Shown in pieces: positions 32,264 to 42,163 of a stretch of DNA of 64,000 bases. This DNA is from Bradymonadia bacterium (lineage in GTDB: Bacteria > Myxococcota_A > Bradymonadia > UBA7976 > UBA1532): assembly GCA_046290225.1 (NCBI GenBank), contig JBKAGE010000005.1, positions 12,844 through 76,843 of the forward strand, in the 5' to 3' direction. The position numbers and the translations under genes are program-made. Numbering within the stretch: position 1 is the stretch's first letter; every line of letters begins with the position of its first letter. Under the pieces are notes generated by a model, which was given only the letters and a program-made list of their open reading frames with translations, made no database searches and was not told the DNA's origin.

Positions 32264-32761
32264 TTACTCCGAGGCCCAGAGGGGCATCTTCAAGAGCATC
32301 CCCACCTGCCACACCTGAATGTCGTCACCATCGTCGTCGAAGAGGGCCAGCCGGCCATATAGAGAGAAGAAGCCCAAGGACAGCAACACGCGCCCTTGAG
32401 GGCCGAGCAGCCACTCACCGTCGCCATGACGGGCGGCGAGTCCACCATCGATGCCCAGGACCGAATACCCCAGCTGAGGGCCCACAGTGAGCATCGTGCT
32501 GTCGGGGCCGAAGTCGTAGAGTGCATCGCCATAGAGACCGAACCAGAGGCTCTCGTTGAGCCGGTTCAGGCTGAGTTCGCCACCCACGTACCCCCCAAGA
32601 TCCGGATCGCCGAAGCCGACGCCGGTGGTGAGGCCGCCCAACAATTGCCAGCCAGCCTCGGGGCCGAAGCTGAAGGGTACCTCATCTGCTTGGGCGGGCC
32701 GTGGCGCTGTGGTCAGCAACAGCGTCACGAGGCCCAGAAGGGCAGAACGGATTACGACCAT
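32264..32761 (-). CDS. Small secreted protein, probable outer-membrane beta-barrel
   Basis: Signal peptide ending AQA, then alternating amphipathic Gly/aromatic strands. Overlaps the xdhC stop and ends 2 nt before iorA. Confidence 0.65.
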   Translation of the reverse strand: MVVIRSALLGLVTLLLTTAPRPAQADEVPFSFGPEAGWQLLGGLTTGVGFGDPDLGGYVGGELSLNRLNESLWFGLYGDALYDFGPDSTMLTVGPQLGYSVLGIDGGLAARHGDGEWLLGPQGRVLLSLGFFSLYGRLALFDDDGDDIQVWQVGMLLKMPLWASE

Positions 32762-33930
32762 GGCGTCTCCTGTGCCTCGGCGCTCGCCGGGCAGGCTCGG
32801 GTCTCGGTGATGGGATGAGGTGTGTGAATTTGTCCCTGGCCACCCACGAGCTCGGCCCCCACTCGGCCATGAGATCGGGCGACGATCTGGCCGATGATGC
32901 TCAGGGCCACCTCCACAGGCTCTTCTCCCCCGAGATCGAGCCCTATGGGGGTGGCCAGTCGAGCGAGCTGCGTCGGGGTGATGCGGATGCCGCTGGCCAT
33001 GAGCGTCGACATCAACCGGCCGGTGCGAGCTCTGGGGCCGAGCAGGCCCACATAGGGCGCATCGCTGCTCAGGGCCAGGGGCAAGACCGCAGTGTCGATG
33101 GCGAGGTTGTGGCTCATGAGCACCACGGCTGTATGTGGCCCCAGGGGTAGATCTTCCATCGTGGGCCGTGGTGGCAGCATGACAGTGCGTGCCCCTGTAG
33201 CGGCGATGCGTCCGAGGGCCAGCGTATCTCGACCCGTCACGGTGACATGCCACCCCATGGGCTGTGCCATCTGCGCCAGAATCTGAGCGTCGAGGCCGGT
33301 GCCCACGATGAGCAGCTGCTTGGGCGGTGCGATGTGCTCAACCAGCGCCCTGCAGACCTGATTGCCGGTGACGTGCAGGCCCTGGGTTCGACCTCGAGTC
33401 CGGGCTTCACCCATGATCGCGCGCAACGGCGTTGCGATGGCGTCGGATACGGCACGTACGATTTGAGGGCCCTGGCCATTGTCATAGGCCATGAGGCCCA
33501 GCGGCACACCGGGCCAGCTCACGTGGTGGGCGGTGACCAGGGTCAGCGCTTCACGCCGTTCGCGGGCGTCGGCGATGAGCTTGAGCGGGCTCTCGCCGTG
33601 ATCTGGCCCTACAGGTTCGAGGCAGAGATGGACCACGCCTTCACAGCCAGTGCCGTAGAGATCCACTTCGCCCATGGCTCCGCGGCGGGTGTCGAAGGCC
33701 ACGACCGTGGCCCCCTCTGAGGCCCAGCGGAAGGCATTGCGGGCCACATCGCGCTCGAGGCAGCCACCGCTGATGGTGCCTGAGGTGGTGCCGTCGGCCT
33801 GAATCAGAATACGCGCGCCAGGCCGACGGTAGCCCGAGCCCTGTAAGTCGACGAGGGTGCCGAGCACCGCAGGCGTTTCGGGATCCCAGGCGCCGAGAAT
33901 GTGATCGAGCATTGCCAGGGAAGGGCTCAT
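32752..33930 (-). CDS. xdhC: XdhC/CoxI molybdenum cofactor chaperone
   Basis: GSGYRRPGAR, GTISGGCLE, YVGLLGPRAR, PIGLDLGGEEPVEVALSI. Confidence 0.92.
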   Translation of the reverse strand: MSPSLAMLDHILGAWDPETPAVLGTLVDLQGSGYRRPGARILIQADGTTSGTISGGCLERDVARNAFRWASEGATVVAFDTRRGAMGEVDLYGTGCEGVVHLCLEPVGPDHGESPLKLIADARERREALTLVTAHHVSWPGVPLGLMAYDNGQGPQIVRAVSDAIATPLRAIMGEARTRGRTQGLHVTGNQVCRALVEHIAPPKQLLIVGTGLDAQILAQMAQPMGWHVTVTGRDTLALGRIAATGARTVMLPPRPTMEDLPLGPHTAVVLMSHNLAIDTAVLPLALSSDAPYVGLLGPRARTGRLMSTLMASGIRITPTQLARLATPIGLDLGGEEPVEVALSIIGQIVARSHGRVGAELVGGQGQIHTPHPITETRACPASAEAQETPWS

Positions 33931-34015
33931 GCTTCACCTCGTGGGGTCGACTGCAGGTAGGTGCGGAATGGTTATTCCGAGGAAGCGGAGCGCTGTCAAG
34001 AGGCAGGCTGACGGA

Positions 34016-34594
34016 TCAGGCGCGAATTGCTTCCCAGGCGCATTGCTCTGCGGCGGCGAGATCGTCCTCGGTCAGCTCGAGCAGGCCGAGCATCTGGGCA
34101 CGGAACAGCTCCAGTTGCATGCCCCAGATGAGGGCGAGGAGCAACATGGGGGGCAGTGATTTCACCAGACCTTGAGCTTGACCCTCGCGAATGAACGCCT
34201 GCGAGTGGTCGATGAACTTCCGCTTGCACGCCCAGCTCTCCTCGGTGAGGTATGCGCTGTGATCATGCCATTCGAGGAACTTCACCACCTGCGGTCGCAC
34301 TTGAATCCATGCAGAAAATGCAAAGAAAATCGAGCTGAAGCGCTGTCGGAACGGCAAGGTGTGATCCACCTGCTGGTATTGGCACTCCATCTCGGCAAAC
34401 TGCCGCTGATAAAGGGCGTTGACGAGGCCTTCTTTGTCACCGAAGTGTCGATAAACGGTGCCAATGCCCACCTGGGCCTGCTCGGCGATTTGCGGAACGG
34501 TTGTTCCGCGATAACTTTGCTCTGCGAACAGAGACAACGCTGCATCGAGCATCGCTGTACGCCGATCCTGGGCCTGTGCATCTTCGTTCGACAT
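34016..34594 (-). CDS. TetR/AcrR family regulator
   Basis: HTH: LFAEQSYRGTTVPQIAEQAQVGIGTVYRHFGDKEGL. Confidence 0.93.
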   Translation of the reverse strand: MSNEDAQAQDRRTAMLDAALSLFAEQSYRGTTVPQIAEQAQVGIGTVYRHFGDKEGLVNALYQRQFAEMECQYQQVDHTLPFRQRFSSIFFAFSAWIQVRPQVVKFLEWHDHSAYLTEESWACKRKFIDHSQAFIREGQAQGLVKSLPPMLLLALIWGMQLELFRAQMLGLLELTEDDLAAAEQCAWEAIRA

Positions 34595-34627
34595 GCTCTC
34601 ACGATTACGCTTTTGGGGTGTTGTGCG

Positions 34628-35023
34628 TCAAAGCTGGTCGAGGCTTTGCTGTCTCGAAGCCCTCCATCCGCCAGTGCGCCAGACCTGTACCTGGGCCTGT
34701 CGAGCACGTCGGATCATGTCAGCAGTGCCTCGCCCACCAGGGAACGCCACGACGAGATCGATCTCGAAGTCATCGAGCATTTGCTGATTGCGCAGAAGCC
34801 CGGCCCGCTTGCCGAACTTGTCCCATCGAGCCGGACAGGTCGTGACGGCCACACCCCGACTCTGCGCCCACGCTCGCCCCAGAGCATCTGCGCCTCGAGC
34901 CCCACCCTCGATGATATGGTCCACCGGACCTCGTCCGTGTTGATGGAGGGTGTCGAGGGCATGGAAGGCGGCTTGCTGATCGGCGTAATCTCGGCCGCCG
35001 CACACAATGAGCACGATGGGCAT
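34628..35023 (-). CDS. DUF2493 / YspA-like SLOG family protein
   Basis: VLIVCGGRDY, IIEGGARGADALG, AGLLRNQQML, VVAFPGGRGTADM. Confidence 0.88.
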   Translation of the reverse strand: MPIVLIVCGGRDYADQQAAFHALDTLHQHGRGPVDHIIEGGARGADALGRAWAQSRGVAVTTCPARWDKFGKRAGLLRNQQMLDDFEIDLVVAFPGGRGTADMIRRARQAQVQVWRTGGWRASRQQSLDQL

Positions 35024-35144
35024 GTATTGCTCGGGTCTCGCAGCATCAACACAGACCTTCACTCGCCCTCGAAGTTACGACAAGGGGAATCCTCTCGAGG
35101 CCTCCGGTGTATGGCTCATCGAATACACCTGCCATGGAGGAGGT

Positions 35145-36027
35145 ATGCCCAGTGTGCTGCACGAAGTCATGGTCTCGCTGTTCACGGAACACCCACGCCT
35201 CGCCCCCGAGCTGTGGCTCGCAGCCGGTGAGCCACAACTACCCGACTACGACTCGATCACCAGCGCGAAGCTCAACCTGAGCCAGGAGACCACCGCGGCC
35301 TACGACGCAGACGAGGTGGTCATGCTGAACGCAGAAGGCCGACATCGATTCGCGCTCATCGTGGAGGTTCAGCTCAATCTCGACGAGGACAAGCAGTTCA
35401 GCTGGCCAGGGTATGTGACGAGCGCTCGATTCAAGAAGAGGTGCGACGCTGCGGTGCTGGTCATCACACCCGCTGCTCATGTCGCTCGATGGGCCCGGCG
35501 ACCGATTCATCTGGGTGCAGGTAACCGGCCCAGAGCAAATCCCGGTCGTTTCAGATCCACAGCTGGCGACTCACCGCCCGGAGCTGATGCTGTTGTCGCT
35601 CATCGCTCATGGTCAAAGCCTGCATGCTGTGGACATGGCCGAGGCGGCTGCTGCGGTGGTGTCCACACTCGACGAAGACAAACACGATCTCTACACTGAC
35701 ATGGTGCTCAAGCACCTCTCGCGCACAGCACAGGAGGCTTTCGAAGGCATGCTCAACATCAAGAACTACGAGCCGCAGTCCGAGCAGTTCAAGCGTACGT
35801 ACGCCGCCGCCAAGGCCCGCGCTGAGGCAGAGGGCCGCGCTGAGGGTATGGCCGATGGTGAACTCAGCGCACTCAGAAACACACTCAAGAAGCAGATACG
35901 CCTGAAGTTCCAGTCGCTCTCCAAAGAGCACGAGGTGTGGATCGACGCTGCTGGCCTCGAGGCACTCGATCAAGCCTTGGAGCGCATCCTCTCTGCAGAG
36001 TCTCCGGAAGGTGTGATCCCGACGTAG
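35145..36027 (+). pseudogene. Rpn-like PD-(D/E)xK nuclease/transposase with a DUF4351-like C-terminus, frameshifted near 35525
   Basis: GGAGGAGG RBS and ATG 35145. MPSVLHE..ADEVV..IVEVQL..WPGY..WARRPIHLG runs in one frame; GPEQIPVVSD..LSLIAHG..EGRAEG..LERILSAES continues in another frame from 35527. Confidence 0.8.
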
Positions 36028-36030
36028 ATC

Positions 36031-36972
36031 TCACTCCGCTTTGCGACGGCCCACCAGCGACACCCCCAACAGAGACATCTCACCCAGCGCGAGCCAGAGT
36101 CGAGTGGCCAGGCACATCACGATGGCCAGGGCAGGCTCCGGGAACACCGCCCCGGCCAACAGCACGAAAATCGCCTCTTGAACGCCGAGCCCCATGGGCA
36201 AGAACACCACCAGGAAACCCATGATGAACGAGGTCACGTATGCCGCGGCGAGGACTGGCCAGTCTCCGGGGCCCAGCGTGGAGACTGCCGCCTGACAGAA
36301 GAGGGCCATGGCGAGCCCGTGGGCGGACCACGACAGCAGATACCACCCGAGCAGCCGGGCCATGGCTGTTGGGGTGAGCCCTGCGGGTCGGGTGTCGACC
36401 CGAGCGAGCCGGAGGAGCACTCCGGTGATGGGGGTGAACACCTTGGGGTGCAAGATCAGCAGGCCCCCCAGGGCCACTGCCCAGCTCGCCCAGACCACCC
36501 CCGGAGGCCAGCCTGCATCTCTCATCGTGGTGGCGAGTGCTTCGCCGCCCACCAACGGCAGCGCCAGCAGGGCAAAACACAGCGCGCTGCCGATGACCAG
36601 CATCAGCTCGGCGACGCCGCTCAGGGCCACGATGCCTGCAGGGATCCCATGTTTGCGGGTGAGCGCCACCTTCGCGGCCATGGGCCAGACCATGCCAGGG
36701 ATGTATTTACCTGTCTGGCCGAGAGCCCAGACGAACCAGCTGCGACGCATGGGCAATGGGCCACCGAGGGCGGCGAGGCTGCGACGCCAGCCCTCGGCGG
36801 TGAGCGCCATCGAGGCTGTGAGCACTGCCCAGGAGAGGGCGAGCCAGCCAGGGCTCAGGTGCCACTCGTGGGCGGCGATGGCCGGCCAGTGATGGCGCAG
36901 GTAACCCACGAGAAAATAGCCCGCGACGCCAAGGGCTACGAGGGCGATGAGCAGCTTGACGGGCTTCTTCAT
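36031..36972 (-). CDS. Lysylphosphatidylglycerol synthase TM-domain (flippase-like) membrane protein
   Basis: Multi-TM; GKYIPG and PMGLGVQE motifs. Confidence 0.85.
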   Translation of the reverse strand: MKKPVKLLIALVALGVAGYFLVGYLRHHWPAIAAHEWHLSPGWLALSWAVLTASMALTAEGWRRSLAALGGPLPMRRSWFVWALGQTGKYIPGMVWPMAAKVALTRKHGIPAGIVALSGVAELMLVIGSALCFALLALPLVGGEALATTMRDAGWPPGVVWASWAVALGGLLILHPKVFTPITGVLLRLARVDTRPAGLTPTAMARLLGWYLLSWSAHGLAMALFCQAAVSTLGPGDWPVLAAAYVTSFIMGFLVVFLPMGLGVQEAIFVLLAGAVFPEPALAIVMCLATRLWLALGEMSLLGVSLVGRRKAE

Positions 36973-36982
36973 CGACGTGGCC

Positions 36983-38998
36983 TCAACCCGCTCGCCGTGG
37001 GGGTCGGTGTTGAGGCACCACAGAAGGCTCGAAGGTGATCTCGTTGTCGAGGAAGATGCGGCACCACAGCTCGAGGACCACCAGCGCCATGAGCTGCTTG
37101 CTCACCACGAAGCCGCTGTGATCGAGCTGTCCGATGAGGGCCTCGACGGCCTCTGGCCGGAATAGCCCCCGTTGCCGAATGCGATCTGGGGTCAGGATCG
37201 ACCGCGCGTACTGGGCGAAGCCGTCGGGGAAGAGGCGATCTACAGGTACGTGGAACCCCTGTTTGGGGCGGGCGGTGATCTCTGCAGGCAGGTGGGGCTT
37301 CATGGCTGCCCGCAGCACCCACTTGTCAGTGACGCCCTGACGGGTAGGGGCTCTCAGCTTGTGTCGCGAGGACAATCGCGCGCTGAACTCCACAAGGCGG
37401 GGGTCGAGGAAGGGCAGACGCAGCTCGAAGCTGTAGGCCATGGTGTTCTTGTCGCCGGTGAGCAGGCTGAAGTCGCTCATGTAATACCGGGTGTCGAACT
37501 TCACGAGACGATCGAGGAACGCCTCGTCACCCGAGTCCATGAGATCAGACATACGCCGGGCCAGGGCCCGAGGCTCAGGCCCCAGCTGCGCCTGGAGCGC
37601 GTCAGTGTACAGAGCTGACTTCTCGCCTTCGCTGAAGAGGGGCACCAACGCGCGATAGGCCCCGCTGGGTGACTCCTGATGCAGCAGGTAGTCCACTAGA
37701 CGCTCACGGCCTTTCTGGCCCAGCTCGGCGGGGTAGCGGAACAGCCTGCCGAGCAGGCCCACAGGCAAAACCGATACCGCCCGGCGGATGAGGCCGGCTC
37801 TCAGGGCCCGGGGCAGGGCAGGGCGCGTGAGCTCGCCGAGGCTGAGCACGAGGTGGTGCACGTAGCCGGCGAGCACTTCGTCGCTGCCGCCGCCGATGAG
37901 CCCCACGGTGACTTCATTCTTGATGAACTGCAGCAGGTGAAACCACGCCACGGTCATGGCGTCCCCGATGGGCTCTTCGAGATGCCAGATCACCCTGGGC
38001 AGCACATCGAGGTGATCTGCGGTGAACTGTACGGACCGATGCTCAGTGGCGAAGGTGTCGGCGAAGGCCCTTGCCCGATCGACCTCGTCGTGGGCGCCGC
38101 CGAAACCCAGGGTGAAGGTCTTCACCGCGTGGGGGCTGTGGCGAGTCATGAAGTACGTGAAGGCGTTGCTGTCGATGCCTCCAGACAAAAAAGCGCCCAG
38201 GGGCACGTCGGCTTCCATGCGCAGCCGCACACTGTCTTCGAGCAGCTCGCCGTAGGCCTCGGCAATGGCGTGATCACCGCGGGGCAGGGCGTTGTCTTCG
38301 CCGCCGAAGCGCAGGGTGTACCAGGGCTTCACCGTCACCACGCCGTGGCGATCCCGGATGAGTACATGGCCTGGGGGCAGCTTCTTGATGCCTTTGAAGA
38401 ATGTGTCGGGGTGGCAGGCGTAACGCAGAGTGAGGAACCCGTCGAGGGCCTGCGGATCGAGCTCCGGCGTGTAGCCTTCGTAGGCCAGCAGAGGTTTGAT
38501 CTCGCTGGCGAAGAGCAGCTTGGGGCCGTCTTGCAGGTAGTAAACGGGCTTCTCGCCGAAGCGATCGCGGGCGATCAGCAGGCGCCGGGCCTCGGGATCC
38601 CAGATGGCGAGGCCAAACATGCCGTTGAGGTAGCGCAGACAGTCATCGCCCCACTGGGCATAGGCGTGGGGGATGACCTCGGTGTCCCCGCGATGTCGAA
38701 AGATGTGGCCAAGGCCCTCGAGCCGCTGTCGGAGCGCCCGGTGGTTGTAGATCTCACCGTTGAAGACGACCCACGTGGGTCCTCGACCGCGGGCGTCTGC
38801 TGCAGGTACGCGCAGGGGCTGCTCAGTGCCTTCAGGATCGATGATGGCGAGGCGGCGGTGTCCGAGGTGAACGTCACCGTCGTGGTGAAATCCGACGTCG
38901 TCTGGACCGCGGTGCAACATCGCGTCGGTCATGCGCTCGAGCAGTGATCGGGCTGCGGTTGGGTCCGAGAAGCCAGCGAGGCCCGCGATGCCGCACAT
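36983..38998 (-). CDS. asnB: Asparagine synthase (glutamine-hydrolysing) family amidotransferase
   Basis: MCGIAG, HRGPD, FNGEIYN, RDRFGEKP, FLSGGIDS, ELRLPFLD. Confidence 0.95.
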   Translation of the reverse strand: MCGIAGLAGFSDPTAARSLLERMTDAMLHRGPDDVGFHHDGDVHLGHRRLAIIDPEGTEQPLRVPAADARGRGPTWVVFNGEIYNHRALRQRLEGLGHIFRHRGDTEVIPHAYAQWGDDCLRYLNGMFGLAIWDPEARRLLIARDRFGEKPVYYLQDGPKLLFASEIKPLLAYEGYTPELDPQALDGFLTLRYACHPDTFFKGIKKLPPGHVLIRDRHGVVTVKPWYTLRFGGEDNALPRGDHAIAEAYGELLEDSVRLRMEADVPLGAFLSGGIDSNAFTYFMTRHSPHAVKTFTLGFGGAHDEVDRARAFADTFATEHRSVQFTADHLDVLPRVIWHLEEPIGDAMTVAWFHLLQFIKNEVTVGLIGGGSDEVLAGYVHHLVLSLGELTRPALPRALRAGLIRRAVSVLPVGLLGRLFRYPAELGQKGRERLVDYLLHQESPSGAYRALVPLFSEGEKSALYTDALQAQLGPEPRALARRMSDLMDSGDEAFLDRLVKFDTRYYMSDFSLLTGDKNTMAYSFELRLPFLDPRLVEFSARLSSRHKLRAPTRQGVTDKWVLRAAMKPHLPAEITARPKQGFHVPVDRLFPDGFAQYARSILTPDRIRQRGLFRPEAVEALIGQLDHSGFVVSKQLMALVVLELWCRIFLDNEITFEPSVVPQHRPPRRAG

Positions 38999-39143
38999 GA
39001 AGACGCTCCTGACGATCAGGGTGGAGGGAGGCAGCTGAGCTCAGAGGTCCTAACATAACGGCAGATCGAGTCATGACCTCTCAGGTTCTTTTGGTCGACC
39101 ATGTGAGCTCTGGGGTTGAGGCGACTCTCACCGCGCTCAAAAA

Positions 39144-39872
39144 TCAGCGCGTCGTCATCGCCCAGTTCCAGAAGGCTTCGAGCACTTGCAAGTACAGCTC
39201 GGGGTCGAGGCCATAGTCACCGAGCGAGTACCCCTGGTTGTATTCCACCAGGGCGGTCTCACCTGTGCTCAATACACCGAAATCCAACGCATAGCCCCAA
39301 GGCGCTTCAGTGTGCAGCGCGATGGCTTCTCTCACTACGTCGAGGTTGATGTCCACGTCTGTGTCGCCGCTGTACCAGCGGTGCCCGAGCAGATGGCCGT
39401 GGGCCACGAAGCAGCGGTACTCGCTCACCCACTCCACCACGTCGGAGGCCCAGATCTCCGTATTGCGACCCCCACCGCCGAAGTAGAACGGATCAGGTCG
39501 GCCGTGGAGTACGCGACCGGTGAACTTCTTGAGCTTCACCGGTTTGACGAAGCACCCGTCGACGCTCGGATCTCTCAGGCGTGTACGCCAGACTTTCCGA
39601 TGCAGACAGCCGCGGAGCGCCTGGGGGTAGTCGTCGGTGGGCGGCGGTGTAATGCCAAGCGCTTGCAGGGCGGCGTGCACCATTGGGATCGAGCCCGCGA
39701 CGAGCGTCTCTGGTGTCGGCAGCAGACGCTTGCGCCGGATCAGCTTCTCCGTGCCCTCGATGTAGGGCATGCCCCGCGCTTTAAGGGCGGCGATGACCAC
39801 CTTCTCTGTTTGATCGAAATGGGCATCTCCGATGCTGCTCTGCACGATGGCCGATGTCACAGCCATGGTCAC
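39144..39872 (-). CDS. ATP-grasp protein, R2K clade (DUF4343-like)
   Basis: DYPQALRGCLHR, FVKPVKLKKFTG, SEYRCFV, YALDFGV, LVEYNQGYSLG. Confidence 0.8.
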   Translation of the reverse strand: MTMAVTSAIVQSSIGDAHFDQTEKVVIAALKARGMPYIEGTEKLIRRKRLLPTPETLVAGSIPMVHAALQALGITPPPTDDYPQALRGCLHRKVWRTRLRDPSVDGCFVKPVKLKKFTGRVLHGRPDPFYFGGGGRNTEIWASDVVEWVSEYRCFVAHGHLLGHRWYSGDTDVDINLDVVREAIALHTEAPWGYALDFGVLSTGETALVEYNQGYSLGDYGLDPELYLQVLEAFWNWAMTTR

Positions 39873-39943
39873 AACCCCCTTGCTGACCGCTCTCCGCTGT
39901 GGTGAGTGTGGTGGTACATCGAGGCGTACACAAGGAGAGGGCG

Positions 39944-40504
39944 ATGTCCGAGGCCACCTACACCTTGCTGCAGATCAGCCAGCTGCGCCTCGAAGACCTC
40001 GTCGGCCCCGTAGAGGCGATGTCGGCCCCCGAGCTCGTGAGCGTGCTGATCCCCGATGCGCACATCGACGTGCCGTTGAGGGCAGCTTTCGAGGTCGTCG
40101 AGGGCAGCCTGCTCGAGTTCGATCAGTGGGCTCAGATGCTCGCCCCCCTCGTCGAGGGCAGCGGATTGTTCGAAGGGCTGTTTCAGCGGGTGTGGGGCGC
40201 GCTCTATGTCGCCGCAGCCACGGGGTTGATGCGGGAGTTCGGCATCGCTTTGAGCGGTCAGGGCACGCTGGACAACTTCGTTGAGTCTCCCCAGCTCGGG
40301 GTGATGCCCATCAACGACATCTATCTCGACGTCAACCTCTGGCCCGGCATCGAGGCCGTGACCAGCCCTCAAGACATCCCACAGCGTTACGCCGACATGC
40401 GCGAGGCGATGTGGCCGCTGAGCGCTGGCGCTCTCATCGATCCCATCACCATCAGTCACGCGCACAACTTCTCGGTGGTGGTTCGGGAAGACGCATGGGG
40501 CTGA
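39944..40504 (+). CDS. Hypothetical protein
   Basis: AAGGAG RBS, ATG 39944, overlaps the start of the next gene. Confidence 0.7.
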   Translation: MSEATYTLLQISQLRLEDLVGPVEAMSAPELVSVLIPDAHIDVPLRAAFEVVEGSLLEFDQWAQMLAPLVEGSGLFEGLFQRVWGALYVAAATGLMREFGIALSGQGTLDNFVESPQLGVMPINDIYLDVNLWPGIEAVTSPQDIPQRYADMREAMWPLSAGALIDPITISHAHNFSVVVREDAWG

Positions 40505-42096
40505 TCAAGCCCGAGCTGCCCGATTATGATCCCCTTGAGTGGGCCCAACTGCCTTTTCCGGCGCGTTGCCGACAGGTGTGCGTCTCCTGGGCAGAGCAGG
40601 GGTACGGCACCCCCGTCTACATCTTCGCGATCTACGGGCTGAAGATCGGCCTCTATGTGGGCCTGTGGTTGCTCTTCATCGGCGAGGCGCCGGTGATGAG
40701 CGCCGTGGCGTTTCAGAAGGCCATCTTGTGGAGCATGCTCTTCGAGATCCTGGGCCTGGGGTGTGGCAGCGGGCCGCTCACCGGGCGTTACTTTCCGCCC
40801 GTTGGCGGGCTGCTGCACTTCTTGCGCCCCGGCACCGTGAAGATGCCTATGGTTTCGGTCCTCGGCGACACTCGAAACCTCATCGACGTCGGGCTCTACG
40901 CCGCGCTCCTGGTCGCGCTGGGATGGGGGCTCTCGGCCTCGACCATCGAAGCTCGGCATCTGTGGCCCATCGTCGGCCTGCTGCTGGTGATGGCGCTCTT
41001 CGATCGCACTGTGTTCCTCGCTGCTCGAGGAGAGCACTACTACGTCACGGTGTTGTGCTTCGTCTTCGCTGAAGACTGGATCCCCGCGGCGATGTGCGTG
41101 CAGCTGGCCCTGTGGTTCTGGGCCGGCGTATCCAAGCTCAACCACCACTTCCCCACGGTGGTGTGCGTGATGACCAGCAACAGCCCCATCTTGAGGCTGC
41201 GTGCGCTGCGGCGGCGCATGTATCGACGGTTCCCCGACGATCTCAACCCGTCGGGGCTCGCGGTCTGGCTGTCTCATGGAGGCACGGCCCTCGAGCTCGC
41301 GGTGCCTGTGGCCTTCTTGCTGTCGGTGGGCTCGGAAACCCCGGTTGTGGCCCTGGTTCTCATGGTGTTCTTGCACGGATACATCACGGGCAACGTGCCC
41401 ATGGGGGTGCCCCTTGAGTGGAACGTGATGGTGGTCTATGGGGGCTTCTTCCTCTTTGGGGCCCACCCGGAAGTGCACCCTTTTTCAGTGGCCCCCACAG
41501 GGCTCGCGGTGGTGCTCGCGTGCTCGCTGGTGGTGGTGCCCCTCGTGGGCAACCTCGTGCCCCACCGGCTCTCGTTCCTGCTGTCGATGCGGTACTACGC
41601 CGGGAACTGGCCCATGAGCGTCTGGTTGTTTCGGGGCGACAGTCATCAGAAGCTCGACGCCCTGGTGAAGGTGGCCGACTGGCCCGAGCAGCAGGTGACC
41701 AGGGTCTACCCGCGATCTACGGCGGTGGCCCTCATCGGCAAGGTGCTGGCCTTTCGTGCCATGCATCTGCACGGCCGCGCGCTGTCGATGTTGATCCCCA
41801 AGGCCGTGGAGCGCTTCGAGGACTACACCTATATGGATGGTGAGGTTGTGGCGGGCCTCGCCCTCGGGTGGAACTTCGGTGACGGCCACCTGCACAACGA
41901 GCGTCTGCTGGCGTCGATTCAGCGGCGGTGTAAATTCGAGCCCGGAGAGTTGCGGGTCATCATGGTCGAGCCCCAGCCCCTGGGGCAGGGCACACAGCGC
42001 TGGCGCATCGCCGATGCCGCCACCGGCGCCGTCGAGGCAGGTGTCGTCAGGGTGTCAGAGTTGCGCCAGAGGCAGCCCTGGGGGGCAGCTGACTGA
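40495..42096 (+). CDS. DUF3556 family multi-pass membrane protein
   Basis: MGLIKPELPD..W.EQGYGTP, GCGSGPLTGR, SKLNHHFP, MRYYAGNW, GWNFGDGHLH. Confidence 0.82.
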   Translation: MGLIKPELPDYDPLEWAQLPFPARCRQVCVSWAEQGYGTPVYIFAIYGLKIGLYVGLWLLFIGEAPVMSAVAFQKAILWSMLFEILGLGCGSGPLTGRYFPPVGGLLHFLRPGTVKMPMVSVLGDTRNLIDVGLYAALLVALGWGLSASTIEARHLWPIVGLLLVMALFDRTVFLAARGEHYYVTVLCFVFAEDWIPAAMCVQLALWFWAGVSKLNHHFPTVVCVMTSNSPILRLRALRRRMYRRFPDDLNPSGLAVWLSHGGTALELAVPVAFLLSVGSETPVVALVLMVFLHGYITGNVPMGVPLEWNVMVVYGGFFLFGAHPEVHPFSVAPTGLAVVLACSLVVVPLVGNLVPHRLSFLLSMRYYAGNWPMSVWLFRGDSHQKLDALVKVADWPEQQVTRVYPRSTAVALIGKVLAFRAMHLHGRALSMLIPKAVERFEDYTYMDGEVVAGLALGWNFGDGHLHNERLLASIQRRCKFEPGELRVIMVEPQPLGQGTQRWRIADAATGAVEAGVVRVSELRQRQPWGAAD

Positions 42097-42163
42097 GAGG
42101 CGCGCCTTGAGCTGAGAGAACGCACACGGTATCAACCTCTTATCGATCTCCGAGAGAGTCCTC

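Noticed and set aside
35505..35530. Programmed ribosomal frameshift in the Rpn-like gene
   Set aside because: There is no slippery run at the junction and residues appear to be missing, which favours a deletion or an assembly error.
36983..38998. Lasso peptide cyclase interpretation of asnB
   Set aside because: The N-terminal Cys glutaminase domain is intact, no precursor or B protein lies nearby, and the neighbour is a flippase-like gene suggesting envelope glycan amidation.
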